This document shows, in pieces, positions 8,760 to 19,539 of a DNA stretch of 64,000 nt (position 1 is its first letter; every line of letters begins with the position of its first letter). Location of the stretch: assembly GCA_937873695.1 (NCBI GenBank), contig CALMYL010000017.1, positions 143,214-207,213 on the forward strand. The letters are read 5' to 3'. The notes under the pieces are model-generated. The model made no database searches, had not been told where the DNA came from, and was given only the letters and a program-made list of their open reading frames with translations. This stretch comes from an uncultured Ignavibacteria bacterium (lineage in GTDB: Bacteria > Bacteroidota > Ignavibacteria > Tepidaquicellales > OLB5). The translations under genes and the position numbers were made by a program.

Positions 8760-9239
8760 TTGAAAAATATTTTTAAAGCCGGTGATGATCTGGGTTTTGT
8801 GAATGAGTTGAAAGCTCAGGGCAGAAAAATAGTATTCACAAACGGTGTGTTTGATATTATTCACCGGGGACATGTGGAGTATCTGACTGAAGCAAAGAGT
8901 CTTGGCGATGTTCTTATTGTCGGACTGAATTCCGACAGCTCGGTTAAGATGATAAAAGGTGATAAGCGCCCGATAGTGAAGGAAGAGAACAGGGCTTATG
9001 TGCTTGCAAATCTTAAACCTGTAGATTTTGTTATAATATTCAGCGAAGATACGCCGTTAAATACAATTAAGAAAGTATTACCTGATATACTGGTAAAAGG
9101 GGCTGACTGGACAGAAGATAAGATTGTCGGTTCGGATGTAGTTAAGCAATCAGGCGGAGAAATTAAGCGTATCAGGTTTGTTGAAAATAACTCTTCAACA
9201 AATATCATTGAAAGAATTACTGAGCTTTACTGCAAATAA
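8760..9239 (+). CDS. hldC: D-glycero-beta-D-manno-heptose-1-phosphate adenylyltransferase (RfaE domain II)
   Basis: 159 aa with the cytidylyltransferase-fold motif FTNGVFDIIHRGHVEYL. TTG start. Confidence 0.85.
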   Translation: MKNIFKAGDDLGFVNELKAQGRKIVFTNGVFDIIHRGHVEYLTEAKSLGDVLIVGLNSDSSVKMIKGDKRPIVKEENRAYVLANLKPVDFVIIFSEDTPLNTIKKVLPDILVKGADWTEDKIVGSDVVKQSGGEIKRIRFVENNSSTNIIERITELYCK

Positions 9240-9247
9240 ACTGTTAT

Positions 9248-12200
9248 TTGGCTGAAGAAAAAAAAATAGAAGCGAAAAAAGAACCTATTGCCCCGGGGAA
9301 AGATCCCGGAAACGGTGTAAAAAAACAAAAGAAAAAATTCCGGATTTTTTCTTCTCTCATACTTTTATTTTCAATACTGCTGCTCTTAATAACACTCCTA
9401 GTTTCGGTAACACAAACTTCATTTTTCAGGGATTTTGTAAAAGACTATCTGGTTGATATGCTAAATGAAGATTTTTCCAAAAAGCAATCTTCTTTAAAGA
9501 TCGGCGGACTGGAAGGCAATTTCTTCAGTGAGATCATCCTCAAGGATGTTTTACTGACCGTAAAACAGGATGAGATGATAAAGCTTGACAGAGTTAAGCT
9601 GAATTACGATATATTCGGGCTGATGAACAAGACTGTTGAGGTCACAGAAGCAGTAGTTAACAACCCAACAATTAATTTTGTACGTATTCCGGGTGATAAA
9701 GGCGATTCCCTATTCAATTTTGCTTACCTTTTTTCTTCAGAAGATACCACTAAGGATTCCTCAGAGTTTGAATGGAAGATCAATGTGAAGCGTCTTCGAA
9801 TGGAAAATCTGAATTTTACCATGCTTGGGGCAAAGCCGCAGGACCTGCCTGTAAAGGACCTTAAAATTCCCAATGCACCCAGTTTTACAACTGATAATTT
9901 AAGAATAAGCTCACTTACACTTGAAACCCGCGCCCAATACGATAAAAACGCCATTCAGCTGTGGATAGATCATCTCGGATTCAATTCAAATTTTGGATTT
10001 GACCTGAAAGGTCTATCCGGTGACTTCTACATCTCTAAATCCCGGGCAGAAATAAACAAGTTGAATATAGAAACTTCCAGAAGCTGGGTGCAGATGGAAT
10101 ATGTTTTTATTGATAAACTTGACCTGCTGAAAGTAGAAGGGCTGCCTTCTTTTAAGGGCAAAGATCTGAGAATGAGCCTGGTTGGAAAGAACTTTGATTT
10201 TGATGATCTTAAAGCGTTTCTGCCGGCTGTCGATTTCCTGAACGGGAACCTGTTTTTTGAATTAAAGGCTAAGGGAAAATTTGATGATATGGTAATTGAA
10301 AAGTGCCGGCTGGAAACTCCAAATACAGATATGGGATTTTCCGGCAGATTGGTTAATCTTATAGATCCCGAGCACTTGTGGCTTGATGTTAAGACTACTG
10401 AGTTCAGGATAGATCCCGTTGATACTAAGCGTTACACACCCGGATTACCGATTCCGGACTATACGCATGTTGGTATTGTAACAGGAAACATGACGTATAA
10501 AGGCGAACCCCTGGATTTTGAAACAACATTTGATGTACAATCTTCGGTAGGTAACGCGAAGGGTTTTTTTAACATGAATATCAAAAACCCCAATATCAGC
10601 TATAACACATCTGTTGATGTAACAAAAGGGAATATTGGAAAGGTCATAAAGAACCCGAAACTAGAAAGCGATATAAACGGGCACGTAGAGGCAGTTGGAA
10701 GCGGGTTTGCCCTGGGAGTAATTAACAGTACTGTTAAGTATGAACTGCGTGATACAAAACTTCTTGAACAGAAGATCGATAAATCGGCAGGTGTGCTTAA
10801 CCTGAGAGGTTATAATGTTGAAATGGATGTTCAGTATGCTTCGGGTAAATTTGATGCTGCAGTAAAAGGAAATGTAAATATCCGCGATTTTAATAACCCC
10901 ATTTATTCGCTTAAAGGACAGGTTAGGAATCTTGACATATCAGCGTTTACTAAGAATAATTCGGATAAAAGCAATCTTACGTTTGCATTTGATGTTAACG
11001 GCAGGGGAATTTCACCTGAAGGGCTTGAAGGAACATACAATATAAATCTGGCTAACTCATATTACGGTAATTATGATTTTCTTGCGACACCAATTGACCT
11101 CAGGATCTCAACAAGCGGGACTAATGATTTCATAACTCTTAGTTCTAATCTTGTGGATTTTAATGCAAAAGGTAATTTTAAGCTGACAGAAATAGGTGAT
11201 GTGATCGCAAGTAATATTGTTATGATACAGAATGAAATTTCGAAGAAATTTAAGCTTGATACCTTATTGCCCGCGCAGCTCACAAATGTTTCAGGCAGCG
11301 AAATGGATTTTACCTACGACCTGAAAACGAAAGACCCCGCAGCGATATCCAGAATGTTCTTTCTGAGTGATATGTATTTTGACGGCAGTGTAAGGGGAAG
11401 AATAAAGAATTCGCGATCAGGATTTGACGGCAGCACATCAGTAAGAATAAATGACTTTGCATACAAAGATACTGTGTTTGTGCTTGCGAATTCGCAGGCT
11501 GAATTTATGCACCTTAATACTTATGGAGACTACAAAAATGCAGAACGTGGTGATTTCAGTTCATTTAATTCCCTTATTACATTCAACGCTGATACTTTAA
11601 GGATAGGCACCCGCATTTATGACAGCGTTAAGGCAGTATTCAGGCTTAATAATGGCATACAATATTACTCACTTGATGCAACCCAGGATTCTACAATAAA
11701 AGTAGATCTTGCAGGTACAATAGATCTTGCAAGTGATTCGGTTACAATGGCTGTAGATACCTTATATGCGAGTTTTAACCGTGTAGATCTGTATAATTAT
11801 GATACAATGCTCGTAAGTTATCATCCGTATGCCGCGAACCAGCGGATCATATTTGATAAATTCAGTCTTAGCGGCGATTACATGAAGGTTGATATTGGAG
11901 GGTATTATTCATTCAATGACTCAAGTGATATATATGCTGAAGCCAGAAACATCAATATTCCCGCAATTTTAGAACTTATATATAACCCTTCGGCTTTGTA
12001 CAATAAGAAAGTTCAGAATGATGACTATGAAACGCTCTTTAAAGGAAGTATAAGAAGAGTTTTGATGACGTTCAAAGGAAATATTGATAATCCGCGGCTT
12101 GCCATGGAAATGAATACAAGTCTGTTAAGGTATGATGATCATAAGGTGGGCAGGGTAGATGCGTTCATTGATTTCGAGGATAATAATTTATCTACCGATA

Positions 12201-13840
12201 TTTTAATGACCAACGCCCAGGGGCATGGCAGACTTAGATTGACAGGAAATATTCCTTTTAACAATCCCTTAAAAACACCGGATAGCTCAACATACATGAC
12301 TGTATTAACCAGTCCTCTGGATCTCAACTTAAAAGCCACAAACTTCCAGATTAACTTTTTCTCCAAAGCGATCCCGAATTTTACTGATCTTCGCGGATTC
12401 CTGGATGGTGATATAAGCGCAAAAGGCACTATTGCCGACCCTGTTCTTACGGGGAATGCCAATATTACAAAAGGCAGATTATTCTTTACCTGGAATGGTT
12501 TATATTATAGGTTTGAAACAAGTCTTAAGACAGATAAGTCAGATCTGATAGTAGAAAGATTTTCGATATTCAATGACAGAGACCAATCAAGACACATTGA
12601 TGTTTTTGGCAAAATAAATTTTGCGGGTTTAAGCGTTAATGATATTGATCTCACTACATCAGGCGATATGTATTTCCTGGACGGGTCTTCTATACAGAAC
12701 AGGTTTGGTTTTTACGGAGAAATGCTTGGCGGAATAGGAACGCCGCCAATAAGAATAAAGGGTAATCTGCGTAACCTGCTGGTATCAGGTCAATTGGTTA
12801 TTAAAAGCGCTAAGCTTTACTTCCCGGCTATTTCAAGCCTGGCGTATGATATCTACAGCGACGATTTTACATATCGTATACTCACCGATTCATCCGGATT
12901 CAGGTTCCTTGATACAACGATCACAGTTTCCAATGAAGATATCGGTAATCTTGATCCGTTCCTGCGGTACAACTATATACTGGAAAAACGCGAACCTACC
13001 GTTGCGGACTATATTACATACGATCTTGATATTTTAATGGAAAAGAATATTGTTGTAAATGTAAATATGAACAGTCTTACCCGTGAAGAATTGAACGGTG
13101 AGTTCCAGGGAAACCTGAGGCTTGACAATAGAACATCTGACAGGAGATTTCAACTCTTCGGGCGGCTGAATATTGTCGGGGATTCTTATTACAGGTTTTA
13201 TAAGAATTTTTCAATTGGCAACAGCTATCTTGAATTTAACGGCGACTATAATAATCCTGCACTCAACATAAAGGCGGAATATAAGAACGTAAGGACTGTT
13301 GATAATAACCAGGAAATTACATTCGTAGTACTTGATATTTCGGGAACGAGATATCAGCCAAAACTGACATTATCACTGCGGAACAATGATGGCGTAAAAA
13401 AAGAAGGTCCCGAGGCTCAGACGGAGGCTATTTCATATCTCTTGTTTGGCGGGCCGATAGCCCAGGGATCAACTGCCCTTGGAAGTTTAAGCAATAACGT
13501 GTCATCGGGTTTTGCTTCATCATTGCTTTACGAAGCGTTAAGGAACATAGCGCCGTTTATTGTTAATACTGAAGTTATTTATAATGGCGGCAATATAAGC
13601 AATACCGATATCAAGATCACATCAGCATTTGGCGATGCCATTGTAAAATTTGGCGGAAAAATACTCAGCAATATCAATAATCTTGAAGTTAGTGTAGAAT
13701 ATCCGCTTAACAAACTTCTGAATATAGATGTATCAAACAACCTGCTTATACAGATCTCAAGAACTTATTCAAACTCTATTTTCAACAGTGACCAGGGTTT
13801 TGAATCACGGGCAGGACTTACATATAAGATCCGCTACTAA
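9248..13840 (+). CDS. tamB: TamB/AsmA-like translocation and assembly module protein
   Basis: 1530 aa. A single N-terminal TM anchor (FSSLILLFSILLLLITLLVSV), a long beta-rich body, and a C-terminal DUF490-like segment (EAISYLLFGG...). TTG start. Confidence 0.72.
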   Translation: MAEEKKIEAKKEPIAPGKDPGNGVKKQKKKFRIFSSLILLFSILLLLITLLVSVTQTSFFRDFVKDYLVDMLNEDFSKKQSSLKIGGLEGNFFSEIILKDVLLTVKQDEMIKLDRVKLNYDIFGLMNKTVEVTEAVVNNPTINFVRIPGDKGDSLFNFAYLFSSEDTTKDSSEFEWKINVKRLRMENLNFTMLGAKPQDLPVKDLKIPNAPSFTTDNLRISSLTLETRAQYDKNAIQLWIDHLGFNSNFGFDLKGLSGDFYISKSRAEINKLNIETSRSWVQMEYVFIDKLDLLKVEGLPSFKGKDLRMSLVGKNFDFDDLKAFLPAVDFLNGNLFFELKAKGKFDDMVIEKCRLETPNTDMGFSGRLVNLIDPEHLWLDVKTTEFRIDPVDTKRYTPGLPIPDYTHVGIVTGNMTYKGEPLDFETTFDVQSSVGNAKGFFNMNIKNPNISYNTSVDVTKGNIGKVIKNPKLESDINGHVEAVGSGFALGVINSTVKYELRDTKLLEQKIDKSAGVLNLRGYNVEMDVQYASGKFDAAVKGNVNIRDFNNPIYSLKGQVRNLDISAFTKNNSDKSNLTFAFDVNGRGISPEGLEGTYNINLANSYYGNYDFLATPIDLRISTSGTNDFITLSSNLVDFNAKGNFKLTEIGDVIASNIVMIQNEISKKFKLDTLLPAQLTNVSGSEMDFTYDLKTKDPAAISRMFFLSDMYFDGSVRGRIKNSRSGFDGSTSVRINDFAYKDTVFVLANSQAEFMHLNTYGDYKNAERGDFSSFNSLITFNADTLRIGTRIYDSVKAVFRLNNGIQYYSLDATQDSTIKVDLAGTIDLASDSVTMAVDTLYASFNRVDLYNYDTMLVSYHPYAANQRIIFDKFSLSGDYMKVDIGGYYSFNDSSDIYAEARNINIPAILELIYNPSALYNKKVQNDDYETLFKGSIRRVLMTFKGNIDNPRLAMEMNTSLLRYDDHKVGRVDAFIDFEDNNLSTDILMTNAQGHGRLRLTGNIPFNNPLKTPDSSTYMTVLTSPLDLNLKATNFQINFFSKAIPNFTDLRGFLDGDISAKGTIADPVLTGNANITKGRLFFTWNGLYYRFETSLKTDKSDLIVERFSIFNDRDQSRHIDVFGKINFAGLSVNDIDLTTSGDMYFLDGSSIQNRFGFYGEMLGGIGTPPIRIKGNLRNLLVSGQLVIKSAKLYFPAISSLAYDIYSDDFTYRILTDSSGFRFLDTTITVSNEDIGNLDPFLRYNYILEKREPTVADYITYDLDILMEKNIVVNVNMNSLTREELNGEFQGNLRLDNRTSDRRFQLFGRLNIVGDSYYRFYKNFSIGNSYLEFNGDYNNPALNIKAEYKNVRTVDNNQEITFVVLDISGTRYQPKLTLSLRNNDGVKKEGPEAQTEAISYLLFGGPIAQGSTALGSLSNNVSSGFASSLLYEALRNIAPFIVNTEVIYNGGNISNTDIKITSAFGDAIVKFGGKILSNINNLEVSVEYPLNKLLNIDVSNNLLIQISRTYSNSIFNSDQGFESRAGLTYKIRY

Positions 13841-13857
13841 CTTAAATAAAAAACAAA

Positions 13858-15981
13858 GTGGCTAAAAATAAATTAAACGACCTGAGGCAGCAAATTTTAG
13901 GATTGTTTAAACAAACCCCTTCGCTTTCAATCAAATTCAATATGCTCTTTAACAGGCTGAGGGTGAATAAATCCCTGAAGGCTGAAGTGCGCAATATCCT
14001 TCATGAACTTGTTAATGAAGGGGAGCTGCAGAAGAACGGCAAATATTATGAGTATAACGGGCAGGCTTCATTTTATGAAGGAGTAATAACACTTGATAAA
14101 AAAAATGAATATGCCGCTGAAATTACAACAAGCAGCGGGATCATAATTCTGCCTATCAGAAAGAAGAATCTTCTTACCGCTTTAACAGGAGACAAAGTTG
14201 AAGTCACAATTATTGAATACGCTGAAAATAATGAACGTGAAGCTATTGTTGAAAACATTGTGCAGCGCGTAAAGCATTCGGTTGTTGGCAAACTTCAATT
14301 CAGCAGTAAGGGTGAAGATTATGCGTTTGTTATCCCGGATGATAAGAAGTTCAGGAAAGATATTTTCATTCCGAGGAACTCACTCAAAGGCGCAGTTAAC
14401 GGCGATAAAGTAATTTGTGAAATAGTAAACTGGGAATACCAGGATCTCTCGCCGGAAGGCAAAATTGTGCAGGTACTTGGCAAAGCCGGTGATGTTACCA
14501 CCGAATTCAAAGCATTGATAAAAAAATACGGATTAACTAAAACATTCCCCAAATCAGTGAGAGATGAACTGAAAAAGCTTGAAGATGAAGGCAGATTTGA
14601 AATTCATGAAGATGAGATCAAAAAGCGGCGGGATCTGAGAGAAGAGCTGATTTTTACCATTGATCCTGCGGATGCTAAGGATTTTGACGACGCGATCTCT
14701 TTGGATAAACTTGATAACGGTAATTACTATCTTGGCGTTCATATTGCCGATGTAAGCCATTACGTTACCGAAGGCTCTGAGCTTGATAATGAAGCCCTGC
14801 TTAGAGGTACAAGCGTTTACTTAATGAATGATGTTGTTCCAATGCTGCCTGAAAAGCTTTCCAATGATATTTGTTCGCTTAAGGAAAAAGTTGACAGGCT
14901 GGTGTTTTCGTGTTTCATGGAAATTGATCAGAAAGGGAAAGTGCTTAATTATGAAGTGTGTAAGTCGGTTATCAACAGCAAAAAACGGTTTACATATGAA
15001 GAGGCCCAGGGCATTCTGGATAAACAAAAGGGAAAATTTCTTGTCAAGCTGAACGAAATGCATGAGCTTCATAAAATATTGTTCAAACGCAGACTTGAGG
15101 AAGGCAGCCTGGATTTTGAATCAACTGAAGTAAAAGCTGAAATTGTTGACGGCCTGATAAAGAGTATTAAGCCAAAAGAGCGGCTTAATACTATGAGAAT
15201 GATCGAAGATTTTATGCTTATCGCAAACAAATGTGTAACATTGTTTGCCGAAAGACAGAAGAAAAAACCACCGTTTGTTTACAGGATACACGACCAGCCG
15301 GACAGAAAAAGAATAGTTGAACTTTCTAACTTTGTAAAGCAGTTTGGAATAAGGCTTGACCCTGAAAATAAACGTTCAATACAGAAAATGCTGCTTGAAA
15401 TTGAAGGCAGGCCTGAGGAATTCCTGATAAATGATATTACCATTCGCGCAATGTCTAAAGCTATATATTCGGAAGAGAATATCGGTCATTACGGACTTGG
15501 ATTTGATTACTATACACATTTCACTTCGCCTATCAGAAGATACCCTGACCTTATTGTGCACAGGATACTTTATGAAGTCTTAAGCGGATTGAATGCTAAA
15601 AGGGCCAGTCATTACAGGAAGGAACTTCCGGATATCTGCAAGCTCTCAACGGATAGGGAAATTAATGCCGTACATGCAGAACGTGAAGCTATAAAAATTC
15701 TGCAGTGCCAGTATATGGAAAGCAATGTTGGCAAGGAATTCCATGGAATTGTTTCAGGGATCTCGGAATACGGTATATATGTTGAAATTACAGAAAGTAT
15801 GATAGAAGGAATGGTGAGGCTGCGGGATATGAACGATGACTATTATATCTTAGACCAGCAGAATTACCAGATTGTGGGAAGGCACAGGAGGAAAAAGTAC
15901 AGGATTGGCGATAAAGTGAAGATAAAGGTTAATAAAGTTGATACAGAACACAGGTGGATAGACCTGGTATTTGTTAAGTAA
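13858..15981 (+). CDS. rnr: Ribonuclease R
   Basis: 707 aa. RNB catalytic motifs IDPADAKDFDDAISL and HYGLGFDYYTHFTSPIRRYPDL, plus a C-terminal S1 domain (FHGIVSGISEYGIYVEI). GTG start. Confidence 0.92.
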   Translation: MAKNKLNDLRQQILGLFKQTPSLSIKFNMLFNRLRVNKSLKAEVRNILHELVNEGELQKNGKYYEYNGQASFYEGVITLDKKNEYAAEITTSSGIIILPIRKKNLLTALTGDKVEVTIIEYAENNEREAIVENIVQRVKHSVVGKLQFSSKGEDYAFVIPDDKKFRKDIFIPRNSLKGAVNGDKVICEIVNWEYQDLSPEGKIVQVLGKAGDVTTEFKALIKKYGLTKTFPKSVRDELKKLEDEGRFEIHEDEIKKRRDLREELIFTIDPADAKDFDDAISLDKLDNGNYYLGVHIADVSHYVTEGSELDNEALLRGTSVYLMNDVVPMLPEKLSNDICSLKEKVDRLVFSCFMEIDQKGKVLNYEVCKSVINSKKRFTYEEAQGILDKQKGKFLVKLNEMHELHKILFKRRLEEGSLDFESTEVKAEIVDGLIKSIKPKERLNTMRMIEDFMLIANKCVTLFAERQKKKPPFVYRIHDQPDRKRIVELSNFVKQFGIRLDPENKRSIQKMLLEIEGRPEEFLINDITIRAMSKAIYSEENIGHYGLGFDYYTHFTSPIRRYPDLIVHRILYEVLSGLNAKRASHYRKELPDICKLSTDREINAVHAEREAIKILQCQYMESNVGKEFHGIVSGISEYGIYVEITESMIEGMVRLRDMNDDYYILDQQNYQIVGRHRRKKYRIGDKVKIKVNKVDTEHRWIDLVFVK

Positions 15982-15987
15982 TTCTGT

Positions 15988-18495
15988 TTAATAAAAACTC
16001 AGCGGATCAATATCCAGATCAACCCTTTCATTTGATCTGAGCTTTAAGGTATGAATAAAATTCTGCATTTCGAACATCAGGTTTTCGCTGAATGCCAGGG
16101 TTTCTCCCGTGGTTTTCATTACCTTCAGTATTATGTGCATTCTGAAAGTATTTTTAATTTTATAGATAAGAGCAGGGGCAGGCTTGAGAAGCTCAATATA
16201 AACATTGCCGGCTGTTGTATTAATCGCGTTATTTAAGTAATGATATATCTTCCATGAGTGATTATTGACATTTACCTGTTTTGGTGAAGTTACCTCTATA
16301 AGTATCATCTTTGAAAATGGCGGGTATTTGTGAAATGAACGGTGCTGTATCTCCTTTTCAAAGAATGACACATAATCGTGTTTTTCAATCATGGGGAAAA
16401 TGTAATTCTCCGGGTTCATTGTCTGAATGACAACTTTCCCGTTGTCACTTATCCTGCCTGAACGGCCCGATACCTGCATAAGCAACTGAAATGTTTTTTC
16501 CGATGCGCGGAAATCAGGGATATAAAGCCCAATATCAGCGGAAATAACACCAACAAGGTAAACGTTTGGAAAGTCGAGGCCTTTTGATATCATCTGCGTT
16601 CCTATCAAAATATCAAATTCACCATCATGAAAACTCTTCAGTATCTTCCGGTGCGCATCCTTCCCTTTGACAGTATCTGCATCCATGCGCATGGTTTTTG
16701 CCTGCGGGAATAATCTCTGTATTTCCTCTTCTATCTTTTCGGTGCCAACACCAACAAGTTTCAAATTCCGGCTCCCGCAAATTTCACAATGCTCCGGCAG
16801 GCTTTCAGCCGTGCCGCAGTAATGACAGCGAAGCTTATCTATCAGCTTATGATATATCATTGTAATATCACAGTTGCGGCACATTTTTACATTTCCGCAA
16901 TCAAGGCACTGCTGGTATGCTGAGTAACCCCTTCGGTTCTGCATTAATATTACAGCCTGCCTCTCTTTTAAAGCTGAATCTATATAATTTATCAGCATTG
17001 ATGAGAGCACACGCTGCTCCTGCGTTTCATACTTTCTGTATTTACTGGGATTGCGCAGCTCATCCAGCATATTTACAATCTCAACTTTCGGTTGTTTGGT
17101 CTTAAGTGCGCGGTGGGGCAGCTCCAGTAATGAATACTTACCGGCTTTGTAATTGTAGAAACTTTCCATTGATGGTGTAGCTGAGCCCAATACTACTACC
17201 GCGTTGTTCAGTTTGGCTCTTACAATTGCTGAATCACGGGCATTGTATTTCGGATTTTTATCGGTCTGTTTGTATGAATGGTCATGTTCTTCATCAACAA
17301 TTATCACTCCCAGGGTTTCCAATGGGGCAAATAATGCTGAGCGTGCGCCAATTACTATCTTTATCTCACCTGAGCGGATCCTCCGGTATACATCAAAGCG
17401 CTGACCTTCGGATAGTTTGCTGTGTATCACCCCGATAATATCCCCAAAATATGTTTTAAACCTGTGTATCAGCTGGGGAGTCAGTGAAATTTCAGGGACA
17501 AGCACTATTGCGGTTTTATTGTTATGTAAAGCGTTTTGAATGGCTTCTATATATACCTGCGTTTTACCGCTGCCTGTTACTCCAAATAGAAGGAAAGTTT
17601 TAAATTTACCAAGAGAGGAATTAATTTCTTTTAATACTGATTTCTGATCTGCGTTAAGCTCAATTATCTTTTTATCGGCGCTGAATTCCTGGTTATCTGT
17701 TCTATCGGATTCCTTCATATGAAGTGAAATAAATTCCCGTTTTTCAAGCGATTTCAGAACTGACAGAGCCGATTTCGTCTTCTTTAAAATATCAGCGGCT
17801 TTAGCTTCGGAAATTTCATTTTCAATTAGGTACTTCAGAACTTTTACCTGGCAGGTTGAGCGGAATTTTGATTCCCTGAAAAAAATTTCAAGGGATTGTT
17901 TTGTGTAATCCCTGAATTCTTCAAGCAATTCAAATCTTACATACCTTTCAAATTTGGCTTTGGCAGTTTCACTTACAGTGATATGCTCCTGCTTAAGTGC
18001 ACCGCTTTGTGTCATCGAAAGAACCGCGTTTCTTACGCTGCCTGATCTCAGCCTGTTTTCAAGCTGTTTTACAGTAAGTGAACGATCTTTCAAAATATTG
18101 ATAATATTTTTCTGCAGCGTTGTGTAGGGTATATTAGGTATTACTACAGCTGCTGTGTAAAGGATTTTTGATTCTACTTTTGAACCTCTTGGAACAGCAG
18201 AAAAAATCACTTCTCCCAGAGGGCATATATAGTATGCAGAGATCCACTTGCAGAAACTAAGCATTTCATCACTAAGTATCGGAAATGTATCAAGCAGTTT
18301 TCTTAAGGGTTTTATCTTTTTCAATTCTGATCCTGCTGCAAGTTCTATTACTATGCCTGTTACATCCTTGTTCCCGAGTGGTGCCAGCACCCTCATGCCG
18401 GGCTTGATAAACTGAGCGAGGTCAGCAGGTACAGAGTACGTAAACAATTGACCTACAGGTATATTAAATGCAATATTTGCGAATTTATCAGCCAT
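15988..18495 (-). CDS. priA: Primosomal replication-restart helicase PriA
   Basis: 835 aa. Walker A GVTGSGKT, DEEH box IIVDEEHD, and a Cys-rich zinc region CLDCG..CRNCD...CHYCG..CEICGS. Confidence 0.92.
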   Translation of the reverse strand: MADKFANIAFNIPVGQLFTYSVPADLAQFIKPGMRVLAPLGNKDVTGIVIELAAGSELKKIKPLRKLLDTFPILSDEMLSFCKWISAYYICPLGEVIFSAVPRGSKVESKILYTAAVVIPNIPYTTLQKNIINILKDRSLTVKQLENRLRSGSVRNAVLSMTQSGALKQEHITVSETAKAKFERYVRFELLEEFRDYTKQSLEIFFRESKFRSTCQVKVLKYLIENEISEAKAADILKKTKSALSVLKSLEKREFISLHMKESDRTDNQEFSADKKIIELNADQKSVLKEINSSLGKFKTFLLFGVTGSGKTQVYIEAIQNALHNNKTAIVLVPEISLTPQLIHRFKTYFGDIIGVIHSKLSEGQRFDVYRRIRSGEIKIVIGARSALFAPLETLGVIIVDEEHDHSYKQTDKNPKYNARDSAIVRAKLNNAVVVLGSATPSMESFYNYKAGKYSLLELPHRALKTKQPKVEIVNMLDELRNPSKYRKYETQEQRVLSSMLINYIDSALKERQAVILMQNRRGYSAYQQCLDCGNVKMCRNCDITMIYHKLIDKLRCHYCGTAESLPEHCEICGSRNLKLVGVGTEKIEEEIQRLFPQAKTMRMDADTVKGKDAHRKILKSFHDGEFDILIGTQMISKGLDFPNVYLVGVISADIGLYIPDFRASEKTFQLLMQVSGRSGRISDNGKVVIQTMNPENYIFPMIEKHDYVSFFEKEIQHRSFHKYPPFSKMILIEVTSPKQVNVNNHSWKIYHYLNNAINTTAGNVYIELLKPAPALIYKIKNTFRMHIILKVMKTTGETLAFSENLMFEMQNFIHTLKLRSNERVDLDIDPLSFY

Positions 18496-18496
18496 T

Positions 18497-18528
18497 AAAA
18501 AAAGGGATAGAATTAAGTTCTATCCCTG
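18497..18528 (-). terminator. Rho-independent terminator after trxB, ending 2 nt before the priA start codon
   Basis: The minus strand reads AGGGATAGAA-cttaa-TTCTATCCCT (10-bp stem) followed by T7 and then AATG, the priA start. Confidence 0.75.
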
Positions 18529-18552
18529 CTAAAATATGAATAAATGTTGTTA

Positions 18553-19503
18553 TTAACCGTGAAGTGATTCAAGATACCGCTCTGCATCAATAGCGGCCAT
18601 ACATCCTGAGCCTGCTGCGGTTATGGCTTGTCTGTACACATGATCCTGAGCATCGCCGCAGGCAAATACGCCGGGGATATTTGTATATGTGTTCACTTTG
18701 TTTGTCTTTATATAGCCCGTGTCTTCAAGCTCAATTTGTCCTTTAAATACATCTGTGTTAGGTTTGTGACCAATACCCAAAAATATTCCTTCAACTTCCC
18801 TGTCTGTTACCTCACCGGTTTTAATATTCTTAAGCCTGGCATGAGTTACCCGTTTTTTGCCGCCTTCATTTACGCCAATAACTTCCTCAAGTACGGTATC
18901 GGTAACAAGTTTTATCTTCGGATTTTTTTGGGCCCTTTCAAGCATGATCTTTGAAGCGCGGAATTCTTCCCTGCGGTGTACTATCATCACTTCTTTGCCG
19001 AACTTAGTGAGGTAATTAGCTTCTTCCATTGCTGTATCGCCTCCGCCAATTACAATAATTCGCTGATCTTTAAAAAAGAAACCATCGCATGTTGCGCATG
19101 CTGATACGCCGAAGCCCATATATTCTGATTCCGACGGCAAACCAAGCAGTTTGGCAGATGCGCCGGTTGCAATTATTACCGTCCGGGCAAGATATTCTTT
19201 ACCTTCTACATATAACTTAAATGGTGATGCAGAGAAATCCACCTTATCTACATATTTAAACTGACAATCTGCCCCAAAACGCTGAGCCTGTTTACGCATA
19301 ATATCCATCAGTTCCGGACCCATAATGCCGTGTTCAAAACCAGGATAGTTCTCAATTTCAGTTGTAATGGTTAATTGCCCGCCGGGCTGCATGCCCTCAA
19401 AAACAAGGGGCTTAAGGTTCGCTCTTCCGGTATATAACGCAGCGGTTAAACCGGCCGGACCCGAACCGATGATAATAACATTGTGTACGATCTGATCGCT
19501 CAT
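18553..19503 (-). CDS. trxB: Thioredoxin-disulfide reductase
   Basis: 316 aa. FAD motif IIGSGPAG, redox-active CATCDG, NADPH motif GGGDTAMEEA. Confidence 0.96.
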   Translation of the reverse strand: MSDQIVHNVIIIGSGPAGLTAALYTGRANLKPLVFEGMQPGGQLTITTEIENYPGFEHGIMGPELMDIMRKQAQRFGADCQFKYVDKVDFSASPFKLYVEGKEYLARTVIIATGASAKLLGLPSESEYMGFGVSACATCDGFFFKDQRIIVIGGGDTAMEEANYLTKFGKEVMIVHRREEFRASKIMLERAQKNPKIKLVTDTVLEEVIGVNEGGKKRVTHARLKNIKTGEVTDREVEGIFLGIGHKPNTDVFKGQIELEDTGYIKTNKVNTYTNIPGVFACGDAQDHVYRQAITAAGSGCMAAIDAERYLESLHG

Positions 19504-19539
19504 TTTAGTAGTAAATTAACATTAATTAAAAAGAAAAAA

